Assembly (NCBI GenBank): GCA_964057225.1
Contig: OZ059896.1
Coordinates: 3,348,001-3,412,000 of the forward strand
Direction of reading: 5' to 3'
Source: Auanema rhodensis
Taxonomy: Eukaryota; Animalia; Nematoda
Length of the DNA: 64,000 nucleotides
Of the stretch, positions 11,889 through 24,700 are shown piece by piece (position 1 is the stretch's first letter; each line of letters begins with the position of its first letter). Under the pieces are notes generated by a model. That model had not been told where the DNA came from and did not search any database. It was given only the letters and a program-made list of their open reading frames with translations. The position numbers and the translations under genes were made by a program.

Positions 11889-12799
11889 ATCCGCATCGAA
11901 TGCACTATATTACATTGAGGAAAGCTTAATACAAAAATTAGTTATGATTGTTTGAAAAATGATGCATTAGTGTATGTTGAGTTTCCATGTACACTCAAAA
12001 TTGCTTCCAAAAACATTTTGACAAAAATTTTTTCGAAAAATTTCAAAATAATTTAGCAAAAAGTAGATGTTTTTAGATTCCTTCTTTCAAGGCAAAAACG
12101 ATGGACAATGTTATTCAACGAAAAAATTAATTCTTCAGGGTGAAAATCGAGGATATAAGTGTGAACTTATATCAGTTGATATCTCGGTGCATTTTTAAGC
12201 TAGCGCAAATCTGATAACACAGATCGACGCAGCTTAAAAATCCGCATCGAATGCATTATACTACATGGAGAAACGCTCATCACAAAAATTATTTATGATC
12301 GTTTGAAAAATGATGCATTAGTGTATGTTGAGTTTCCATGTACACTCAACATTGCTTCCAAAAACATTTTGACAAAATTTTTTCGAAAAATTTCAAAATA
12401 ATTTCGCAAAAAGTAGATGTTTTTAGATTCCTTTTTTTGAGGCAAAAACGATGGACAATGTTATTCAACGAAAAAATTAATTCTTCAGGGTGAAAATCGA
12501 GGATATAAGTGTGAACTTATATCAGTTAATATCTCGGTGCATTTTTAAGCTAGCGCAAATCTGATAACACAGATCGACGCAGCTTAAAAGTCCGCATCGA
12601 ATGCACTATACTACATTAAGAAAAGCTTAATACAAAAATTAGTTATGATCGTTTGAAAAATGATGCATTAGTGTATGTTGAGTTTCCATGTACACTCAAA
12701 ATTGCTTCCAAAAACATTTTGACAAAAATTTTTTCGAAAAATTTCAAAATAATTTAGCAAAAAGTAGATGTTTTTAGATTCCTTCTTTCAAGGCAAAAA

Positions 12800-15740
12800 C
12801 GATGGACAATGTTATTCAACGAAAAAATTAATTCTTCAGGGTGAAAATCGAGGATATAAGTGTGAACTTATATCAGTTGATATCTCGGTGCATTTTTAAG
12901 CTAGCGCAAATCTGATAACACAGATCGACGCAGCTTAAAAGTCCGCATCGAATGCACTATACTACATTAAGAAAAGCTTAATACAAAAATTAGTTATGAT
13001 CGTTTGAAAAATGATGCATTAGTGTATGTTGAGTTTCCATGTACACTCAAAATTGCTTCCAAAAACATTTTGACAAAAATTTTTTCGAAAAATTTCAAAA
13101 TAATTTAGCAAAAAGTAGATGTTTTTAGATTCCTTCTTTCAAGGCAAAAACGATGGGCAATGTTATTCAACGAAAAAATTAATTCTTCAGGGTGAAAATC
13201 GAGGATATAAGTGTGAACTTATATCAGTTGATATCTCGGTGCATTTTTAAGCTAGCGCAAATCTGATAACACAGATCGACGCAGCTTAAAAATCCGCATC
13301 GAATGCATTATACTACATGGAGAAACGCTCATCACAAAAATTAGTTATGATCGTTTGAAAAATGATGCATTAGTGTATGTTGAGTTTCCATGTACACTCA
13401 ACATTGCTTCCAAAAACATTTTGACAAAATTTTTTCGAAAAATTTCAAAATAATTTCGCAAAAAGTAGATGTTTTTAGATTCCTTTTTTTGAGGCAAAAA
13501 CGATGGACAATGTTATTCAACGAAAAAATTAATTCTTCAGGGTGAAAATCGAGGATATAAGTGTGAACTTATATCAGTTAATATCTCGGTGCATTTTTAA
13601 GCTAGCGCAAATCTGATAACACAGATCGACGCAGCTTAAAAAACCGCATCGAATGCACTATATTACATTGAGAAAAGCTTAATACAAAAATTAGTTATGA
13701 TCGTTTGAAAAATGATGCATTAGTGTATGTTGAGTTTCCATGTACACTCAACATTGCTTCCAAAAACATTTTGACAAAAATTTTTTCGAAAAATTTCAAA
13801 ATAATTTAGCAAAAAGTAGATGTTTTTAGATTCCTTCTTTCAAGGCAAAAACGATGGACAATGTTATTCAACGAAAAAATTAATTCTTCAGGGTGAAAAT
13901 CGACGATATAAGAGTGAACTTATATCAGTTGATATCTCGGTGCATTTTTAAGCTAGCGCAAATCTGATAACACAGATCGACGCAGCTTAAAAATCCGCAT
14001 CGAATGCATTATACTACATGGAGAAACGCTCATCACAAAAATTTGTTATGATCGTTTGAAAAATGATGCATTAGTGTATGTTGAGTTTCCATGTACACTC
14101 AACATTGCTTCCAAAAACATTTTGACAAAATTTTTTCGAAAAATTTCAGAATAATTTAGCAAAAAGTAGATGTTTTTAGATTCCTTTTTTCGAGGCAAAA
14201 ACGATGGACAATGTTATTCAACGAAAAAATTAATTCTTCAGGGTGAAAATCGAGGATATAAGTGTGAACTTATATCAGTTAATATCTCGGTGCATTTTTA
14301 AGCTAGCGCAAATCTGATAACATAGATCGACGCAGCTTAAAAGTCCGCATCGAATGCACTATACTACATTAAGAAAAGCTTAATACAAAAATTAGTTATG
14401 ATCGTTTGAAAAATGATGCATTAGTGTATGTTGAGTTTCCATGTACACTCAAAATTGCTTCCAAAAACATTTTGACAAAAATTTTTTCGAAAAATTTCAA
14501 AATAATTTAGCAAAAAGTAGATGTTTTTAGATTCCTTTTTTCGAGGCAAAAACGATGGACAATGTTATTCAACGAAAAAATTAATTCTTCAGGGTGAAAA
14601 TCGAGGATATAAGTGTGAACTTATATCAGTTGATATCTCGGTGCATTTTTAAGCTAGCGCAAATCTGATAACACAGATCGAAGCAGCTTAAAAATCCGCA
14701 TCGAATGCACTATATTACATTGAGGAAAGCTTAATACAAAAATTAGTTATGATTGTTTGAAAAATGATGCATTAGTGTATGTTGAGTTTCCATGTACACT
14801 CAAAATTGCTTCCAAAAACATTTTGACAAAAATTTTTTCGAAAAATTTCAAAATAATTTAGCAAAAAGTAGATGTTTTTAGATTCCTTCTTTCAAGGCAA
14901 AAACGATGGACAATGTTATTCAACGAAAAAATTAATTCTTCAGGGTGAAAATCGAGGAAATAAGTGTGAACTTATATCAGTTGATATCTCGGTGCATTTT
15001 TAAGCTAGCGCAAATCTGATAACACAGATCGACGCAGCTTAAAAGTCCGCATCGAATGCACTATACTACATTAAGAAAAGCTTAATACAAAAATTAGTTA
15101 TGATCGTTTGAAAAATGATGCATTAGTGTATGTTGAGTTTCCATGTACACTCAAAATTGCTTCCAAAAACATTTTGACAAAAATTTTTTCGAAAAATTTC
15201 AAAATAATTTAGCAAAAAGTAGATGTTTTTAGATTCCTTTTTTTAAGGCAAAAACGATGGACAATGTTATTCAACGAAAAAATTAATTCTTCAGGGTGAA
15301 AATCGAGGATATAAGTGTGAACTTATATCAGTTGATATCTCGGTGCATTTTTAAGCTAGCGCAAATCTGATAACACAGATCGACGCAGCTTAAAAATCCG
15401 CATCGAATGCACTATATTACATGGAGGAAAGCTTAATACAAAAATTAGTTATGATTGTTTGAAAAATGATGCATTAGTGTATGTTGAGTTTCCATGTACA
15501 CTCAAAATTGCTTCCAAAAACATTTTGACAAAAATTTTTTCGAAAAATTTCAAAATAATTTAGCAAAAAGTAGATGTTTTTAGATTCCTTCTTTCAAGGC
15601 AAAAACGATGGACAATGTTATTCAACGAAAAAATTAATTCTTCAGGGTGAAAATCGAGGATATAAGTGTGAACTTATATCAGTTGATATCTCGGTGCATT
15701 TTTAAGCTAGCGCAAATCTGATAACACAGATCGACGCAGC
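12800..15740. repeat. Third, partial copy (about 8 monomers) of the 11-monomer block, offset 4910 bp (14 monomers) from the second copy; boundaries approximate
   Basis: GATGGGC 13157 = 8247+4910 and CGACGAT 13904 = 8994+4910, followed by ATTTGTT, TTCAGAAT, CGAAGC, GGAAATA and CATGGAGGAAA. It lacks the CAAGAAC variant. Confidence 0.8.
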
Positions 15741-18700
15741 TTAAAAATCCGCATCGAATGCATTATACTACATGGAGAAACGCTCATCACAAAAATTAGT
15801 TATGATCGTTTGAAAAATGATGCATTAGTGTATGTTGAGTTTCCATGTACACTCAACATTGCTTCCAAAAACATTTTGACAAAATTTTTTCGAAAAATTT
15901 CAAAATAATTTCGCAAAAAGTAGATGTTTTTAGATTCCTTTTTTTGAGGCAAAAACGATGGACAATGTTATTCAACGAAAAAATTAATTCTTCAGGGTGA
16001 AAATCGAGGATATAAGTGTGAACTTATATCAGTTAATATCTCGGTGCATTTTTAAGCTAGCGCAAATCTGATAACACAGATCGACGCAGCTTAAAAAACC
16101 GCATCGAATGCACTATATTACATTGAGAAAAACTTAATACAAAAATTAGTTATGATCGTTTGAAAAATGATGCATTAGTGTATGTTGAGTTTCCATGTAC
16201 ACTCAACATTGCTTCCAAAAACATTTTGACAAAAATTTTTTCGAAAAATTTCAAAATAATTTAGCAAAAAGTAGATGTTTTTAGATTCCTTTTTTCAAGG
16301 CAAAAACGATGGACAATGTTATTCAACGAAAAAATTAATTCTTCAGGGTGAAAATCGAGGATATAAGTGTGAACTTATATCAGATGATATCTAGGTGCAT
16401 TTTTAAGCTAGCGCAAATCTGATAACACAGATCGACGCAGCTTAAAAATCCGCATCGAATGCACTATATTACATTGAGGAAAGCTTAATATAAAAATTAG
16501 TTATGATCGTTTGAAAAATGATGCATTAGTGTATGTTGAGTTTCCATGTACACTCAAAATTGCTTCCAAAAACATTTTGACAAAAATTTTTTCGAAAAAT
16601 TTCAAAATAATTTAGCAAAAAGTAGATGTTTTTAGATTCCTTCTTTCAAGGCAAAAACGATGGACAATGTTATTCAACGAAAAAATTAATTCTTCAGGGA
16701 GAAAATCGAGGATATAAGTGTGAACTTATATCAGTTGATATCTCGGTGCATTTTTAAGCTAGCGCAAATCTGATAACACAGATCGACGCAGCTTAAAAAT
16801 CCGCATCGAATGCACTATATTACATTGAGGAAAGCTTAATACAAAAATTAGTTATGATTGTTTGAAAAATGATGCATTAGTGTATGTTGAGTTTCCATGT
16901 ACACTCAAAATTGCTTCCAAAAACATTTTGACAAAAATTTTTTCGAAAAATTTCAAAATAATTTAGCAAAAAGTAGATGTTTTTAGATTCCTTCTTTCAA
17001 GGCAAAAACGATGGACAATGTTATTCAACGAAAAAATTAATTCTTCAGGGTGAAAATCGAGGATATAAGTGTGAACTTATATCAGTTGATATCTCGGTGC
17101 ATTTTTAAGCTAGCGCAAATCTGATAACACAGATCGACGCAGCTTAAAAATCCGCATCGAATGCATTATACTACATGGAGAAACGCTCATCACAAAAATT
17201 AGTTATGATCGTTTGAAAAATGATGCATTAGTGTATGTTGAGTTTCCATGTACACTCAACATTGCTTCCAAAAACATTTTGACAAAATTTTTTCGAAAAA
17301 TTTCAAAATAATTTCGCAAAAAGTAGATGTTTTTAGATTCCTTCTTTCAAGGCAAAAACGATGGACAATGTTATTCAACGAAAAAATTAATTCTTCAGGG
17401 TGAAAATCGAGGAAATAAGTGTGAACTTATATCAGTTGATATCTCGGTGCATTTTTAAGCTAGCGCAAATCTGATAACACAGATCGACGCAGCTTAAAAA
17501 TCCGCATCGAATGCATTATACTACATGGAGAAACGCTCATCACAAAAATTAGTTATGATCGTTTGAAAAATGATGCATTAGTGTATGTTGAGTTTCCATG
17601 TACACTCAACATTGCTTCCAAAAACATTTTGACAAAATTTTTTCGAAAAATTTCAAAATAATTTCGCAAAAAGTAGATGTTTTTAGATTCCTTTTTTTGA
17701 GGCAAAAACGATGGACAATGTTATTCAACGAAAAAATTAATTCTTCAGGGTGAAAATCGAGGATATAAGTGTGAACTTATATCAGTTAATATCTCGGTGC
17801 ATTTTTAAGCTAGCGCAAATCTGATAACACAGATCGACGCAGCTTAAAAAACCGCATCGAATGCACTATATTACATTGAGAAAAGCTTAATACAAAAATT
17901 AGTTATGATCGTTTGAAAAATGATGCATTAGTGTATGTTGAGTTTCCATGTACACTCAACATTGCTTCCAAAAACATTTTGACAAAAATTTTTTCGAAAA
18001 ATTTCAAAATAATTTAGCAAAAAGTAGATGTTTTTAGATTCCTTTTTTCAAGGCAAAAACGATGGACAATGTTATTCAACGAAAAAATTAATTCTTCAGG
18101 GTGAAAATCGAGGATATAAGTGTGAACTTATATCAGATGATATCTAGGTGCATTTTTAAGCTAGCGCAAATCTGATAACACAGATCGACGCAGCTTAAAA
18201 ATCCGCATCGAATGCACTATATTACATTGAGGAAAGCTTAATATAAAAATTAGTTATGATCGTTTGAAAAATGATGCATTAGTGTATGTTGAGTTTCCAT
18301 GTACACTCAAAATTGCTTCCAAAAACATTTTGACAAAAATTTTTTCGAAAAATTTCAAAATAATTTAGCAAAAAGTAGATGTTTTTAGATTCCTTCTTTC
18401 AAGGCAAAAACGATGGACAATGTTATTCAACGAAAAAATTAATTCTTCAGGGAGAAAATCGAGGATATAAGTGTGAACTTATATCAGTTGATATCTCGGT
18501 GCATTTTTAAGCTAGCGCAAATCTGATAACACAGATCGACGCAGCTTAAAAATCCGCATCGAATGCACTATATTACATTGAGGAAAGCTTAATACAAAAA
18601 TTAGTTATGATTGTTTGAAAAATGATGCATTAGTGTATGTTGAGTTTCCATGTACACTCAAAATTGCTTCCAAAAACATTTTGACAAAAATTTTTTCGAA

Positions 18701-19150
18701 AAATTTCAAAATAATTTAGCAAAAAGTAGATGTTTTTAGATTCCTTCTTTCAAGGCAAAAACGATGGACAATGTTATTCAACGAAAAAATTAATTCTTCA
18801 GGGTGAAAATCGAGGATATAAGTGTGAACTTATATCAGTTGATATCTCGGTGCATTTTTAAGCTAGCGCAAATCTGATAACACAGATCGACGCAGCTTAA
18901 AAATCCGCATCGAATGCATTATACTACATGGAGAAACGCTCATCACAAAAATTAGTTATGATCGTTTGAAAAATGATGCATTAGTGTATGTTGAGTTTCC
19001 ATGTACACTCAACATTGCTTCCAAAAACATTTTGACAAAATTTTTTCGAAAAATTTCAAAATAATTTCGCAAAAAGTAGATGTTTTTAGATTCCTTTTTT
19101 TGAGGCAAAAACGATGGACAATGTTATTCAACGAAAAAATTAATTCTTCA
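15700..19150. repeat. 5-monomer block duplication (period 1753 bp); boundaries approximate
   Basis: CAGATGATATCTAGG at 16384/18137, each followed by TAATATAAAA, GGGAGA and GATTG variants. Confidence 0.75.
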
Positions 19151-21949
19151 GGGTGAAAATCGAGGATATAAGTGTGAACTTATATCAGTTGATATCTCGG
19201 TGCATTTTTAAGCTAGCGCAAATCTGATAAAACAGATCGACGCAGCTTAAAAATCCGCATCGAATGCACTATATTACATTGAGGAAAGCTTAATACAAAA
19301 ATTAGTTATGATTGTTTGAAAAATGATGCATTAGTGTATGTTGAGTTTCCATGTACACTCAAAATTGCTTCCAAAAACATTTTGACAAAAATTTTTTCGA
19401 AAAATTTCAAAATAATTTAGCAAAAAGTAGATGTTTTTAGATTCCTTCTTTCAAGGCAAAAACGATGGACAATGTTATTCAACGAAAAAATTAATTCTTC
19501 AGGGTGAAAATCGAGGATATAAGTGTGAACTTATATCAGTTGATATCTCGGTGCATTTTTAAGCTAGCGCAAATCTGATAACACAGATCGACGCAGCTTA
19601 AAAATCCGCATCGAATGCATTATACTACATGGAGAAACGCTCATCACAAAAATTAGGTATGATCGTTTGAAAAATGATGCATTAGTGTATGTTGAGTTTC
19701 CATGTACACTCAACATTGCTTCCAAAAACATTTTGACAAAATTTTTTCGAAAAATTTCAAAATAATTTCGCAAAAAGTAGATGTTTTTAGATTCCTTTTT
19801 TTGAGGCAAAAACGATGGACAATGTTATTCAACGAAAAAATTAATTCTTCAGGGTGAAAATCGAGGATATAAGTGTGAACTTATATCAGTTGATATCTCG
19901 GTGCATTTTTAAGCTAGCGCAAATCTGATAACACAGATCGACGCAGCTTAAAAGTCCGCATCGAATGCACTATACTACATTAAGAAAAGCTTAATACAAA
20001 AATTAGTTACGATCGTTTGAAAAATGATGCATTAGTGTATGTTGAGTTTCCATGTACACTCAACATTGCTTCCAAAAACATTTTGACAAAATTTTTTCGA
20101 AAAATTTCAAAATAATTTCGCAAAAAGTAGATGTTTTTAGATTCCTTTTTTTGAGGCAAAAACGATGGACAATGTTATTCAACGAAAAAATTAATTCTTC
20201 AGGGTGAAAATCGAGGATATAAGTGTGAACTTATATCAGTTGATATCTCGGTGCATTTTTAAGCTAGCGCAAATCTGATAACACAGATCGACGCAGCTTA
20301 AAAGTCCGCATCGAATGCACTATACTACATTAAGAAAAGCTTAATACAAAAATTAGTTACGATCGTTTGAAAAATGATGCATTAGTGTATGTTGAGTTTC
20401 CATGTACACTCAAAATTGCTTCCAAAAACATTTTGACAAAATTTTTTCGAAAAATTTCAAAATAATTTCGCAAAAAGTAGATGTTTTTAGATTCCTTCTT
20501 TCAAGGCAAAAACGATGGACAATGTTATTCAACGAAAAAATTAATTCTTCAGGGTGAAAATCGAGGATATAAGTGTGAACTTATATCAGTTGATATCTCG
20601 GTGCATTTTTAAGCTAGCGCAAATCTGATAACATAGATCGACGCAGCTTAAAAATCCGCATCGAATGCATTATACTACATGGAGAAACGCTCATCACAAA
20701 AATTAGTTATGATCGTTTGAAAAATGATGCATTAGTGTATGTTGAGTTTCCATGTACACTCAACATTGCTTCCAAAAACATTTTGACAAAATTTTTTCGA
20801 AAAATTTCAAAATAATTTCGCAAAAAGTAGATGTTTTTAGATTCCTTTTTTTGAGGCAAAAACGATGGACAATGTTATTCAACGAAAAAATTAATTCTTC
20901 AGGGTGAAAATCGAGGATATAAGTGTGAACTTATATCAGTTGATATCTCGGTGCATTTTTTAGCTAGCGCAAATCTGATAACACAGATCGACGCAGCTTA
21001 AAAATCCGCATCGAATGCATTATACTACATGGAGAAACGCTCATCACAAAAATTAGTTATGATCGTTTGAAAAATGATGCATTAGTGTATGTTGAGTTTC
21101 CATGTACACTCAACATTGCTTCCAAAAACATTTTGACAAAATTTTTTCGAAAAATTTCAAAATAATTTCGCAAAAAGTAGATGTTTTTAGATTCCTTTTT
21201 TTGAGGCAAAAACGATGGACAATGTTATTCAACGAAAAAATTAATTCTTCAGGGTGAAAATCGAGGATATAAGTGTGAACTTATATCAGTTGATATCTCG
21301 GTGCATTTTTAAGCTAGCGCAAATCTGATAACATAGATCGACGCAGCTTAAAAGTCCGCATCGAATGCACTATACTACATGGAGAAACGCTCATCACAAA
21401 AATTAGTTATGATCGTTTGAAAAATGATGCATTAGTGTATGTTGAGTTTCCATGTACACTCAAAATTGCTTCCAAAAACATTTTGACAAAAATTTTTTCG
21501 AAAAATTTCAAAATAATTTAGCAAAAAGTAGATGTTTTTAGATTCCTTTTTTCGAGGCAAAAACGATGGACAATGTTATTCAACGAAAAAATTAATTCTT
21601 CAGGGTGAAAATCGAGGATATAAGTGTGAACTTATATCAGTTGATATCTCGGTGCATTTTTAAGCTAGCGCAAATCTGATAACATAGATCGACGCAGCTT
21701 AAAAGTCCGCATCGAAAGCACTATACTACATTAAGAAAAGCTTAATACAAAAATTAGTTATGATCGTTTGAAAAATGATGCATTAGTGTATGTTGAGTTT
21801 CCATGTACACTCAACATTGCTTCCAAAAACATTTTGACAAAAATTTTTTCGAAAAATTTCAAAATAATTTAGCAAAAAGTAGATGTTTTTAGATTTCTTT
21901 TTTAAAGGCAAAAACGATGGACAATGTTATTCAACGAAAAAATTAATTC

Positions 21950-24700
21950 TTCAGGGTGAAAATCGAGGATACAAGTGTGAACTTATATCAGATGATATCT
22001 AGGTGCATTTTTAAGCTAGCGCAAATCTGATAACACAGATCGACGCAGCTTAAAAATCCGCATCGAATGCACTATATTACATTGAGGAAAGCTTAATACA
22101 AAAATTAGTTATGATCGTTTGAAAAATGATGCATTAGTGTATGTTGAGTTTCCATGTACACTCAAAATTGCTTCCAAAAACATTTTGACAAAAATTTTTT
22201 CGAAAAATTTCAAAATAATTTAGCAAAAAGTAGATGTTTTTAGATTCCTTTTTTAAAGGCAAAAACGATGGACAATGTTATTCAACGAAAAAATTAATTC
22301 TTCAGGGTGAAAATCGAGGATATAAGTGTGAACTTATATCAGTTAATATCTCGGTGCATTTTTAAGCTAGCGCAAATCTGATAACACAGATCGACGCAGC
22401 TTAAAAAACCGCATCGAATGCACTATATTACATTGAGAAAAGCTTAATACAAAAATTAGTTATGATCGTTTGAAAAATGATGCATTAGTGTATGTTGAGT
22501 TTCCATGTACACTCAACATTGCTTCCAAAAACATTTTGACAAAAATTTTTTCGAAAAATTTCAAAATAATTTAGCAAAAAGTAGATGTTTTTAGATTCCT
22601 TTTTTCAAGGCAAAAACGATGGACAATGTTATTCAACGAAAAAATTAATTCTTCAGGGTGAAAATTGAGGATATAAGTGTGAACTTATATCAGTTGATAT
22701 CTCGGTGCATTTTTAAGCTAGCGCAAATCTGATAACACAGATCGACGCAGCTTAAAAATCCGCATCGAATGCATTATACTACATGGAGAAACGCTCATCA
22801 CAAAAATTAGTTATGATCGTTTGAAAAATGATGCATTAGTGTATGTTGAGTTTCCATGTACACTCAACATTGCTTCCAAAAACATTTTGACAAAATTTTT
22901 TCGAAAAATTTCAAAATAATTTCGCAAAAAGTAGATGTTTTTAGATTCCTTTTTTTGAGGCAAAAACGATGGACAATGTTATTCAACGAAAAAATTAATT
23001 CTTCAGGGTGAAAATCGAGGATATAAGTGTGAACTTATATCAGTTAATATCTCGGTGCATTTTTAAGCTAGCGCAAATCTGATAACACAGATCGACGCAG
23101 CTTAAAAGTCCGCATCGAATGCACTATACTACATGGAGAAACGCTCATCACAAAAATTAGTTATGATCGTTTGAAAAATGATGCATTAGTGTATGTTGAG
23201 TTTCCATGTACACTCAACATTGCTTCCAAAAACATTTTGACAAAATTTTTTCGAAAAATTTCAAAATAATTTCGCAAAAAGTAGATGTTTTTAGATTCCT
23301 TTTTTTGAGGCAAAAACGATGGACAATGTTATTCAACGAAAAAATTAATTCTTCAGGGTGAAAATCGAGGATACAAGTGTGAACTTATATCAGATGATAT
23401 CTAGGTGCATTTTTAAGCTAGCGCAAATCTGATAACACAGATCGACGCAGCTTAAAAATCCGCATCGAATGCACTATATTACATTGAGGAAAGCTTAATA
23501 CAAAAATTAGTTATGATCGTTTGAAAAATGATGCATTAGTGTATGTTGAGTTTCCATGTACACTCAAAATTGCTTCCAAAAACATTTTGACAAAAATTTT
23601 TTCGAAAAATTTCAAAATAATTTAGCAAAAAGTAGATGTTTTTAGATTCCTTTTTTTAAGGCAAAAACGATGGACAATGTTATTCAACGAAAAAATTAAT
23701 TCTTCAGGGTGAAAATCGAGGATATAAGTGTGAACTTATATCAGTTAATATCTCGGTGCATTTTTAAGCTAGCGCAAATCTGATAACACAGATCGACGCA
23801 GCTTAAAAAACCGCATCGAAAGCACTATATTTTATTGAGAAAAGCTTAATACAAAAATTAGTTATGATCGTTTGAAAAATGATGCATTAGTGTATGTTGA
23901 GTTTCCATGTACACTCAACATTGCTTCCAAAAACATTTTGACAAAAATTTTTTCGAAAAATTTCAAAATAATTTAGCAAAAAGTAGATGTTTTTAGATTC
24001 CTTTTTTCAAGGCAAAAACGATGGACAATGTTATTCAACGAAAAAATTAATTCTTCAGGGTGAAAATTGAGGATATAAGTGTGAACTTATATCAGTTGAT
24101 ATCTCGGTGCATTTTTAAGCTAGCGCAAATCTGATAACACAGATCGACGCAGCTTAAAAATCCGCATCGAATGCATTATACTACATGGAGAAACGCTCAT
24201 CACAAAAATTAGTTATGATCGTTTGAAAAATGATGCATTAGTGTATGTTGAGTTTCCATGTACACTCAACATTGCTTCCAAAAACATTTTGACAAAATTT
24301 TTTCGAAAAATTTCAAAATAATTTCGCAAAAAGTAGATGTTTTTAGATTCCTTTTTTTGAGGCAAAAACGATGGACAATGTTATTCAACGAAAAAATTAA
24401 TTCTTCAGGGTGAAAATCGAGGATATAAGTGTGAACTTATATCAGTTAATATCTCGGTGCATTTTTAAGCTAGCGCAAATCTGATAACACAGATCGACGC
24501 AGCTTAAAAGTCCGCATCGAATGCACTATACTACATGGAGAAACGCTCATCACAAAAATTAGTTATGATCGTTTGAAAAATGATGCATTAGTGTATGTTG
24601 AGTTTCCATGTACACTCAACATTGCTTCCAAAAACATTTTGACAAAATTTTTTCGAAAAATTTCAAAATAATTTCGCAAAAAGTAGATGTTTTTAGATTC
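21950..24700. repeat. 4-monomer block duplication (period 1402 bp); boundaries approximate
   Basis: The rare AAAATTGAGG variant occurs at 22666/24068, with GATACAAG, CTAGG and AAAAAACC preceding both in the same order. Confidence 0.7.

Noticed and set aside
19564-19809. 81-aa ORF on the - strand
   Set aside because: It is created by a private T>G at 19657 that removes a minus-strand TAA in one 350-bp copy. There is no coding signal.
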